Source: Paramecium tetraurelia
Taxonomy: Eukaryota
Direction: 5' to 3'
Assembly: GCA_000165425.1 (NCBI GenBank)
Contig: CT868518.1
Span: 1-64,000 of the forward strand
Length of the DNA stretch: 64,000 nucleotides
The translations under genes and the position numbers were made by a program. How positions within the stretch are numbered: position 1 is the first letter of the stretch; each line of letters opens with the position of its first letter. Positions 40,145 through 51,519 of the stretch are shown piece after piece. Below the pieces are notes generated by a model. It made no database searches. It was given only the letters and a program-made list of their open reading frames with translations, and had not been told where the DNA came from.

Positions 40145-42101
40145 TCATAATAAGTCAAGTCTGCGAGGTCTATCCCATACAATCTTACCTTTTTATTTAA
40201 AATATTGAACTCTATGACTTTTAACCTAACTGATTATAAAGTCTGTAAACGGAACTTCCATAATTCCTAAGAACCTATCTTCATACCCAACAATAAAGTC
40301 CTCTTTATTAAATTTGGTATCCCAAAGAATTCTATCGATGACTTAAAGAGTGGGCTTGAATTTCTTTTGCATTTCCTTTTGCTCTAACATCTCTGGGAAA
40401 TAGTTGAGCATAGTCTTTTTATCAAAAATAGAGCAAACAACAACTAAGTAATCTTTGCTTAGATTCACATAATAGTGTCTGTATTCTCTCTTATCACTAA
40501 AATAATTAATTATAATTTCTTATACTTAGATTTGATAAAGATTTTGGAAATGTCACTCCAATACTTGGATTACTATTATTATTATAGCTATTGTTCTGGT
40601 TCTTTTTATTCTTTCTGATCTTTAATGTCCTTTGGTTCTTGTCTACTTTTCTTTCTTTTCTTTCCTCCCTCATCCTATTATTATTGTTGTTGTTATTATT
40701 ATTAGATATCTTTTTCTCTTTTGATTTGTTTTTATTGATTTTCAGTCAAATAGAGCTTGCCTGAATGTGTTAAGATAGCTACATTCTTCCATCCACATTC
40801 AATCTAGATAATTTCATCGTCTTCATCCAAATTAGGTAAGGCTACTTTTGTAAATTGAACGTTGTTAGATAGAGGAGCTGCCAATTGTCCATAGTCATTC
40901 TTACCCCATCCAAATAGTTAATAATCTTTATATTATAATTCCATGGATCTGGTAATTTCAGTGCTTAATTTAATCTATAATTCAGCATTAGTGAGTCCAA
41001 GAGTGTTTATTTAGAAATCTTAAAGAACAGCTTACTTTGAAAATTCCAATCCTGTAAATTCATTGTACTTTACAATATTGACATAATCGGAAAAACCAAT
41101 TTTAGCTAGCCATACTTGGAGTTCTTCATTAGTCCATTCCTTGATTGATTTAATACTCTCTCTTGAGAGTGCAAGGAAATAGTTCAGACCACTATAAATA
41201 GAAATGATAGACCGTTTGTCAAAATAATTTTGATGGACAGTTTTAATAATGGGGTCAATTACTTATTCATTCTTAGTGTCTGAAGAATATACTTTTTATG
41301 TTTTTGTCAAATAATAAATTGCACTGCTTCCAATGGCTACTTAGGTAATTATCTAAATATCATATTATTATTAGGTACTTCATTATCTGGTAAGATAATT
41401 TGTTTGTATTTTTGTGCTTGATCACAATTATGAGGTGTTAGATCTTACAATTGATACAGAATGGCTCTAGTTTATTCAGAGGGTAATTAGGGTATTTTTT
41501 AGGGATTGGTGAAGATGGCAACTAGTTAATAATAAGAAGTTTCAAAATGCTCCACATTTTTAGAAATCAAATATTCTTCTTGATTATCGAACATAACAAT
41601 TAGGTCTCCATTCTCTTTCAAATAGATGAATTTTCCTTTGCTGGCTGCTGAGTATTGTTTCACTTAAAATCTTTTAAAAATATGCATTTAAATATCTTAC
41701 TTAATAATAAACTTAGGTTTCTGATTGATGACTTCTTGATACTCCTGTGACAAGCAAATGTACATTCGATTTTGAATCGTAAGTATACCAGTATAGGTTA
41801 GTCCTATTTGAATTGATTTTACTGGCATTCCTAGAATGTGTCTTCTTTTGAATGGCTTGACACTTTCATCAAATGACCAGAAATAAGTCTCTCTTCCAAA
41901 GATGGTACGAAAGATTATATTGTATGGGGTAGTTGTGTTTGGATTATTGAATCCAATGCTTGCTAAGAGTGCTTTAAGTGCTAATTGCACGTTATCCTTC
42001 ATTTGCATTGAAACGGACTGCAAATTTAGCAAATCCTTGATTGACAAGTATTGGGAAATGCCTCGGAATACATCAAATGTGAGTAATTGAGATTGCTACA
42101 T
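40145..42101 (-). CDS. F-box + RCC1-like repeats + SAM + MJ1316 (DUF504) domain protein
   Basis: LTFDVFRGISQYLSIKDLLNLQSVS; IKEWTNEELQVWLAKIGFSDY; LFGWGKNDYGQL..IIQIECGWKNVAILTHSGKLY; VIDRILWD..FIVGYEDRFLGIMEVPF..HRVQYFKQKGKIVWDRPRRLDLL*. Confidence 0.85.
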
Positions 42102-42143
42102 TTATTTTATTTTATTCTTTAATAATAATAAATCAAAGAATAA

Positions 42144-42996
42144 ATGCAAGAGATTAAACAAATACCATCATTTCTATAAAAATTATATGAAATACTTGAA
42201 GTAATACAAAATTTGTTATTTTTGAGTCCGACTAATCAGCAATTGGATGGAATAAAGATGGGACTACATTTTAGATTTTGGATTCATCCTTATTGACAGA
42301 AGAAATAATGCCTTAATATTTCAAACATCGCAATTATCAGAGCTTTCTGAGGTATTTAATCATCGATATAGAGTTAGATAACTCAATATGTATGGATTTA
42401 AGAAGCTTAAAAATAAACATGGTAAAAGCGAATTCCAACATTCTCAGTTCAAAAGAGGTCTCAAGTATCGAATTTGAGTGACATTTTTAGGAATAATCTA
42501 TTGAAGATCAAACGAAGAAATTAAGATGATATTAAGCAAAGTTTGGAATCTTTAACCAAAGAATTCGAATAGGAGTCCTATCTCAATGAACACGAAAAAC
42601 TTCGCAAGTAGCTTGTAGAATTGTATTCGAACTAAAGATCACTCTTAGAAGAGATCAGACGTTAGATGGAACGTAACATAAATCTTCAACGCGAGACTCA
42701 AGATATTACTAATGTATGAACTCTTTTCTATCTCTTAGAGGATCAACACAGTTAAAAGTTATCATCTTAAAAAACTAGATAAACTAATTATCATCATTTA
42801 GAAACTCCCTGAAGATGCGCAAATCAGTAAGATGGCTTTGATGAAGGAAAAAATCCTCAGGAAATTGGAACTCATTGAAGCAGAGAATATCTGCATGAAA
42901 GAAATTTCCTTAGAAAAGCAAGACTCTTCCATGTATCAAGAACCCAATCTTACGGGAGTCAAAAGTCCTGCTGGCTACTCACCTAAAACTAAATGA
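42144..42996 (+). CDS. HSF-type DNA-binding transcription factor
   Basis: PSFLQKLYEILE, IGWNKDGTTF, MPQYFKHRNYQSFLRQLNMYGFKK, EFQHSQFKRG, downstream coiled coil; four tiny introns. Confidence 0.92.
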
Positions 42997-43120
42997 AACC
43001 CTATAATATTTATATATTTTCCATAATCGATCATTTATTGATTTATAAATCGTGAAATTACACATTAATGCAACCCAATGTTCAAAAAATTTGTTTAAAT
43101 CTTTATTTTATATTATTAAA

Positions 43121-44280
43121 ATGAGAGGAGTAACTCTACGCAGATATCCAGACGAAAGTTTTCCAAAGAACATCGACTTCTTTGATTTGAAGGACTTTCC
43201 TATACCCACAAATCTTAAGGAAAACGATCTTCTTATCAAAGTTTGCTATGTGAGCATCGATCCTGTCATGAGAGTATGGTTTTCAGGAGCCAAGACTTAC
43301 ATCGATACTGTGCATCAAGGACAAGTCATCCCAGCCTTTGGATGTGGAGTTGTTGCTGAATCAAAAAGCAAAAGATTTAACAAAGGAGATTTAGTCTTGG
43401 GAGCCTTGGATTGTGCAGACTATTGTGTTAGAAATGCCAATACAATATTCAAATTGCCAGCAGTCAAATCGAAACACGATCCAAACTTGCCTCTCTTTTT
43501 GTCTGTGTATATTTTTAATTGTGATAATTTAGGTACGGTGTCACAGGCATCACTGCTCTCAAAGGATTGCATCAAATTCCTAAAGAAAATCTACCAACCA
43601 AAGAATCCAAGAAGACTCTAGTGGTTTCATCTGCTGCAGGATCAACAGGATCTTTTGCTCTATAAATAGGAAAATATTGGGGATACAGAACCGTTGGAAT
43701 CGTTAGCAGTAGAGACAAGAAAGACTTCGTTCTTTCACTAGGAGCTGATGCTTGTGTTTGTTACAATGACACTTTAGATTCTAATGGAATTGTTGATACA
43801 AAGTATATTAATTAACCTATTTCTTCTTAGCAAATTGACAAAATTAATGAAGTAAGCAGCTCCTGAGGGAATTGACGCAATGTATGACAATTCAGGAGAG
43901 GAAGTCTTAGACGCCGTCTTGCCAGCCATGAATAAGGGTGCTTTCATTGTATTATGTGGAGCAACTGCTACATATTATACTTGGAAGAATAGAGGAGGAT
44001 TAAAAAATTTATCTCACTTTATTACAAAGTAAATTAAGGCTGAAGGAATATTGTACTTTGGTTAAAAGAATGCCATCATGGAATCATTCAAAGAGATGAA
44101 TGAATTAGTCACAGGAAATCATATTTAGTAATGATGTATTCCTATATGTATAGACACAAAGAGGAATTCATCAATGGATTAGAGAATGTGACTATTGGAT
44201 TATAGAAGGTGTTCATGGGTAAGAATTTAGGAAGAGTGATTGTCAAATTAGACAACGAAGTTCCATTGCCAAAGTTTTGA
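43121..44280 (+). CDS. NADP-dependent oxidoreductase, prostaglandin reductase / 2-alkenal reductase (MDR) family
   Basis: YVSIDPVMRVW, GVTGITA, VVSSAAGSTGS, PEGIDAMYDNSG, IVLCGA, GKNLGRVIVKL. Confidence 0.92.
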
Positions 44281-44348
44281 GGCTTATATACATAACAAAT
44301 TTAGAATGTTGGAAAATTTCCAAAATATTATTTATAAACAAATATCAA

Positions 44349-47300
44349 ATGTTTTGGTCTAAAAGACCCGATGTCTTGAACCAGCCTCGTTCATTTGAGG
44401 GAAATTTTAGGAGTGAGAGAACATTAGAAGAGTTAGAATAATTTCCATCTAACTTCATAAAGACATCACGGTAAGAGATTATATTAGAGTTATGTAGATA
44501 TAATTTAGTAACTTTCTTGCCAAAATCATTACTTTTGTAGTTTACTCGATATGCTAACATTTATTTCTTGTGCATTGCAATAATCCAGTGTATTCCAGTA
44601 TTATCAACTCTGAATCCGTTCAGTGCAATAGCTCCGTTAGTATTTGTGTTAGGATTATCAATGGGGAGAGAAGGTAAGAATGAAAACTAATATGAAAGGT
44701 TGGGAGGATTATGGGAGACACGTATCTGACAATGAAGTGAATGCGACAGAATGTGTGATAATGAAGTCTCGCGTAATGACAACGTAAAATAGAAATTAAT
44801 ATGACATAGATCTACATGGGCTCAACTAGCAGTGGGAGATTTCGTATTGGTGAAATAGGATGAGAGTTTTCCAGCAGATCTGATAGTTTTGGGAAGTTCT
44901 ATAGAGAGTGGTGCATGTTATATAGAAACATCGTCGTTGGATGGTGAGAAGAATTTGAAGCCGAAGAGTGCAATTCTGGAGAGCTAATAGCTATACCGAG
45001 ATATGAGTAATTTTACAGAGGAGAAAGTGAAGGTGGAAGCACAGGTTCCCACTTAGAATCTGTATGAATTGGATGCGTCTTTATTTTTAAGTGTGGGGAA
45101 TGGTTAGCAAAAGAAATTTTAATTAACAGCTAAACAACTATTACTCAGAGGCGCATTTCTTAGAAATACTGAATGGGTAATTGGGCTAGTAGTTTATACA
45201 GGTTAGGATACTAAGATTATGAGGAATGCTGATGCTTCAAGAATTAAAACAAGTGAAATCGAGAGAATTATGAATATTTTGATTTTGGGAATATTGGTAG
45301 TTCAAATCTCATTGTCAATCATCACTGCCTCCTTTTCTTCTGCTTGGCTACACAAATATGGCAGTGACAGTTGGTATTTAGGTTATGGTGATTTCTAACC
45401 TAATTTACTAAGCTCTTTATGCATTTTTCAGTTACATTTTATTATATAATACTATGATCCCAATCTCATTGATAGTCAGTCTGGAATTTGTAAAGGTGTT
45501 TTAAGCGTACTTTATTGAATAGGATGAAGAGATGTATGTCTAATAAAGAGATAAGTTTGCCAAGGTGTAAACTACCACTATAAACGAGGAACTCGGATAA
45601 ATAGAGTACATTTTTTCTGACAAAACTGGCACTCTTACTTGTAATCAGATGGAATTTAAGTATTGTATAATAGGAAACACATTATATGGACAGGAACAAC
45701 AACACACAAATATTCCAGTATAAAATGTAGATCTAAAAAGACAGCAAACCGCTAAAGTTCATCCTGCAACTGATGTCTTCCAACATTCGGTGTTTAATTT
45801 CCAAGATCTTGAATTAAGTGCCATTCTTAAGGGAGAAGGGTCCTCCGGAGAATAACCAGTCAATTTGATAGTCTAGTCATTAGATGGAAAATAATAAGTC
45901 AAAATTTCAAAGTAGAGAAATTTAATCGAAGAATATTTTTTCTTGTTATCATCAGCTCATGAATGTATAGTTTAGTATGACAAAAATTAAAATGCTAACT
46001 ATTAAGGACCCTCTCCAGATGAAATTACTTTGGTAGATGCAGCTGCTAGGATGGGTTTTCAATTCACTGGTGCTTCTGCTAGTGAATAAAAGTTTATAAT
46101 TTTGGGAAAGGATAAAAAAGTTAAATTATTAAAATCCTTTGAATTTGATTCAACACGTAAGAGAATGAGTGTCATTATTGATGACAATGGAGTTATAAAA
46201 TTATTTATTAAAGGAGCTGATAATATTATTAAGGGAAGATTATCTCCAAATTAAATATTTCTTAACCAAATTATAAACTATCTAGATGATTTCAGTAAAA
46301 TTGGTTTAAGATGTTTATTAATGGCCATAAGAGTATTATCAAATGATGAATACAGAGAATTCGACAACGCCTACAACAATTTGCCCGACAACGACACCAG
46401 AGCAGAAGAACTAGGTATACAAAATATATTGAAACCTAGAAAAATTGACCAATAACTTAGAACAAAACTTAACTCTTCTTGGAGCATCTGCTGTGGAAGA
46501 TAAGTTATAACCATTGGTTCCAGAGACAATCGCTGATTTGTTAAAAGCTAATATTAAAGTGTGGATGTTGACTGGTGATAAATTGGAAACAGCAGAAAAC
46601 ATAGCTAAAAGTTGTCGTTTAATCTAAGGTGACTTCACTGTCATGAGATTGTCTGAATTAAGTGTTGATGATTGCAAAAGAAAGATTGGAGATATTCAAG
46701 AAACATATGACCATTGTATTAAAGAGAATAGAAAAAAAGTATTTAACTGCATTCTTACCTTTAGTCATTCGTTGTAGAAGGGTAATCCCTATAATTTGTA
46801 ATTGATAATGAGGAATTAGCCTAAGCATTTGTGAGCATGGCTAAAGATTGTGAAAGCGTTGTTTGTTGCAGAGTCACTCCGAAACAGAAGGCTGATGTGG
46901 TAAGATTAATTAAAGATCGACTCAACAAAATTACTTTAGCAATTGGAGATGGTGCTAATGATGTCAATATGATCCAAGCCGCTCATATCGGAGTAGGTTT
47001 GTATGGAAACGAAGGAATGAGGGCTGTTCAAAGTAGTGATTTTGCTTTGGGAGAATTCAGATGTCTTTGGAGATTGTTGTTGGTTCATGGACATTGGAAT
47101 TACATTAGAATTGCAGAGATGGTTTTATACTTCTTCTACAAAAACATGATCTTTACTGTTCCATAGTTTTTCTTTTCATATTTTTGTGCATTCTCTGGAC
47201 AATCGTTTTTCGATGACTGGTACATTACCTTCTATAATTTAATATTCACTGCACTTCCACTTATTATGAGAGGTACATTTGATTAAGACATCAATTACAG

Positions 47301-48046
47301 ACAACATATTTAATTTGATGAGAAGGAGGAAGTTGCATCTGTTTAAAGAAAATTTGAAGAATACCTTAAAGTTAAATTTCCAAGTCTTTACTTTGTGGGA
47401 TAAAGTAAAAGTATTTTTACCATTCCAAACTATACGTTATGGGCATTTAATGGTTTAGTACACGGTATGATAATCTTCTTTTTCATACTTTGGATTTTGG
47501 ATTATGAGATTGTTGAAGATAATGGATTTCCTGGAGGATTGGCAGCATTTTCATTGACTGTGTATTCTAGCATTATTTTGGTATTATATTTCATTCATAA
47601 TTAAGATTGCTGACTTGAAGATAGCTATCCATACCAAATATTGGACTTGGTTTAATTTTATTTGCATAACTTTCCTATCTGTATTACTCTACATCATCTA
47701 CGTTATCATATCATAATTTTGGCCAGGAACTTTGATGGAATACACCCCATTTACTATGGTTGGCACTCCTCATTTCTGGTTATCCATAATTCTTATTGGA
47801 GGCATCATAGGTGGAATGGAGGCTATCATAGCTCAATTATAGAGAGAATTCTTTACTGATCCTGCCATTGAAATGTTATACAAAGTGAATGATTTTGGGT
47901 AAAATCAGTTGAAACTCATTGAACTAAAAGAAAAGAATCAAAGGTAGTTTTAGGATTCTTTTTGGGAACCTCTCTATAAGTAATAACAATTATAATAGTA
48001 AAACGAAGAAGTAATTAAATTTAGCTAATCATAGCATGCTGAATGA
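44349..48046 (+). CDS. P4-type ATPase (phospholipid flippase)
   Basis: [79 protein letters not shown]. Frame break near 45415 (see findings). Confidence 0.95.
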
Positions 48047-48079
48047 TTTTATTAATATATATATAATAATAAAATTAAT

Positions 48080-49741
48080 ATGAATTAGGTTCTTGAATCA
48101 TAGAAACTTAAAAACTAAATGTCTCTCCAAACCTCAAATAAGCAACTTATAGGTCCTTTACTCTATAATTTAAATAAACATACTTCCTATGTGTTTGCAG
48201 CTACTCTCCACAACGTTGTGTTGGAGGAAAGTTTTGAGAAATGCCATGAAATCAATGAATAAAAAGACCACAATTTAGATGAAAACTAATGGTAGGAGGT
48301 TAAAAGATAGCTGTGGTAAAGCAAAATAGAGAGATAAGGGGGTTAGAGTTCGAAACAGTAAAAGTGTTTTTTAGTATCTGCAGGAGCTGATAAAAATATC
48401 TATCTGTGGGATATTGATGCTATGCAATTGTCAAGCAGTTCCTCAGTCCAAATAAAGCCTGAACAATTGCCATAATATCCAAATGCTTAAGAAAACTAAG
48501 GGAATGAGAATTAACACAATTTGAATTTTTCAAAGGATGAATTAGATTTACGTCATGTTATTATACCATACTAACAAAATCTTTATGAGTTTATCACTTG
48601 TTTGCTTAATGTTGAATTGAACTAGAATTAAACATACTTGATTGTTGGTTATGAAAGTAATCAAATAATTAGATATCAAATATCTGGTAAATATTGGATG
48701 AAGGGTATCAAAAAATAGATTAGATATATATTGAATTTATCTGAGGTCTTATAAATAACTAAAAAATTGCATAGTCATAATGACGCTGTAAGATCAATGG
48801 TTTACTTTAACAACTAACTCTGTTCTTGTGGTGATGACATGTAGCTCTTAATTCAGACTATCGATGGTAAGGTTATCAAAAGGTTTTACTTTGATAGCAT
48901 CATCGAAAATCTATGTATCTGGAATGGTCATCTGGTGTTTTCCCATTACACTGTTAATCTTAGGTCGACTAGCTAGATGAAAGAAGAAATCGTATTAATA
49001 TAAGGTAGATTGTTAATACCAGATCAAAATGAACAGAATCAAAATAACGCAAATCAATAAGCAGCAGCGGGATTAAAGGTACAAGTAGACAAACACAGTT
49101 ATGCATATGGGTTGTAATAATGCTTAATGATTATGGGGGAAAACTAATAGAATAACTTAAATATCTAATTAAATGTATTGAATTATCACCCTTCATTGGA
49201 AGATGCTTATAATCAAGTTGATAAAATCACATGTTTTGAGGTTTCAGACAATTAGAATATTTTATTTTCAACCGAGAGTGGAAAATTAATAAAGATTAAA
49301 GAGCCACTCAAGAATGAAAGCAATCTAGAAATCAAAGTTGATTAGTATAAAGATGAAGAAAACTCAAATCAACAATACCAATATAGAATATTAAGTTAAT
49401 TCTAAAGTCGTAGTAAAATTTAAGAACATAACCTCAATCAAATAATAATGTCTTTCATCAGATATGAAAATATGATTTATGTATTCTACAAAAACTAGAA
49501 TTAAAAAGAATAAGTGTTTTTGTAAATAGGCGAGGAAATAACTGATTCCAATAATAAATTTTATTAAGTAGTTGAGAATACTCCTTTAAGAATTCAATAC
49601 TTATCAATCAAGTCGGATCAAATAGATGAAAATATAATTAGACCTTACGAAGTGTTTTTACAAAATCCTTTATTGATCAAAGAAGGGAATACGAATATAA
49701 TTTTGTTATGTGGTGATTAGTTAAGATATTATAAGTTATGA
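48080..49741 (+). CDS. Divergent WD40-repeat protein
   Basis: HTSYVFA, FLVSAGADKNIYLWDI, HSHNDAVRSMVYFNNQLCSCGDD; ends LRYYKL*. Confidence 0.7.
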
Positions 49742-50090
49742 TTAAATTATATTAAAAGGATTAATTTTATATCTATTCTTAAACAACACTGTTTATAAAA
49801 TACTTAGCGATTTTACTATTATGAAAAGGATTAATTGATGAACTGATTATAAAGAGATAAATGCATTAAAATATGGAGACTTAGCTATAAAATTGAAAGG
49901 AATAAAATGTTGAGATTTATCGCAAATTGAGCATTGGAATAGTTTGGGATTTTGAATTTTAAATTGACTTGACAAATAAAAGGGATGGGATTCACTAGTA
50001 GAATCTTAGTAGGTATGAGAAGAAGGAGAATTGATTAAATTTGGTTTTTACATAAATTGTTTAATAATTGAGATATAAATATTTATTAAG

Positions 50091-51490
50091 ATGATTGAAA
50101 TGTAAACCTTGAGAACTCAACCAGTTAAGGCTAAATTTTCTTTGTTGATCGATGCATCTAGAACTCTAACTTATAAGGAATTATTCAATCTGGCATACCC
50201 TTTTGCTCTTTTTGATATTAAAACTCTTAATGCAAGTCTATATGGCTAATTTAAGGATGTATTCGTGACTAAAGCACAGGCAGTGACAGTAAACAAATTT
50301 AATAATAATAGGAATCTCAACTGGAGGAAATCATATCACTAGTAGACTTCATCCCTGGAGCAACAACTTCATAGATGATGGTAGCTTTAGGTACAATTGC
50401 AATGAAGAATGCTCAAGGTGGTGTGGTTGCACTGGTAGCATTTGCGACACCTGGAGCCTTATTGTTAGCAATATTGAGTTTCATATACAGCAAGTATCCT
50501 GATCCGAGAGATTTGAACATTTTGATATTTTTAGCCATCCAAGGAATCAAAGCGAGTACAGTGGCTTTAATATTATAGTTAATGATTTCTATGGCTATGC
50601 ATTCAATTAAGAATAGAGTGCACTTGAGTCTGTCGATATTAAGTGCAGTTCTTCTGGTGGCATATCAATAATCTTATGTGCTAATTTTAACAATGATGAT
50701 GGGTGGAATCTTGGCCATAATGTTGGAATACGATGCAGAAAATACAGCAGGTCGTAGAACTTTTATAAAAGATCAAACAGTAACTCCAGTGATTATCACC
50801 GATCCAAAATTAATTAATATCAAAAATAGCCATAAAATTAGTTATTTATTGGGGAATAAATCATTTTATTTGTATGCAATAATCCTACTTGCATTGCTAT
50901 ATCTGAATTCAGCCTATTAATCAATGATCTTAGATATATCCCTAACCTTTTATAATATAGGGACTTTCATGATCGGAGGCACTCCAATAACATTGCCATT
51001 TATGTATGCTGAAACTGTACTTAATCCTTTATATATAAACGAAGATGCATTTTGGTTGGGATTTGGACTGGCTGCTGCTTTACCTGGTCCATATTTGAAT
51101 TTTGCTATATTTTTGGGAACTCACAGCATGGGCTTTTCTGGAGGAGTGTGTTGTTGGATAGCCATTTTTGTGCCATCAATTCTCTAAATCTGGGGATTGT
51201 TGCCTCATTGGGGCAACTTCAAAACTAACGTATATATGACGAAATTTAAACAAGGAGTAGTCAGTGTGGCCACAGGATTTCTAGCCACAGCTGTATATTA
51301 TTCTTGGGTAGATGCCTGCAAATATGATATGCCAACCGCAACTGTGATAACATTTTTAAGTTTGATATATGTGAGTCTTTTGAACTTTAACAGTCCAGCT
51401 GTTATAAGCTTGGGAGCAGCATTATTCATTATTCGTTATTTAGCATTATGGTATTACAGAGAATTGGACCCAGTAATATTTTAATAATGA
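50091..51490 (+). CDS. Chromate ion transporter (CHR/ChrA family, two-domain form)
   Basis: FIPGATTSQMMVALG in the first half; IGTFMIGG..GFGLAAALPGPYLNFAIFLG..AIFVPSIL in the second half; about 10 TM helices. Confidence 0.88.
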
Positions 51491-51519
51491 TTTTTATTTA
51501 TTAAAATTATATCATATCA

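Noticed and set aside
40676..40702. (TTA/TTG)n microsatellite, also near 52957-52975
   Set aside because: Simply poly-Gln codons (TAA/CAA) inside minus-strand genes.
45384..45410. Retained IES explaining the P4-ATPase frame break
   Set aside because: The TA-to-TA segment is 25 bp, below the usual 26-bp minimum in P. tetraurelia, and only the left end resembles TAYAGYNR.
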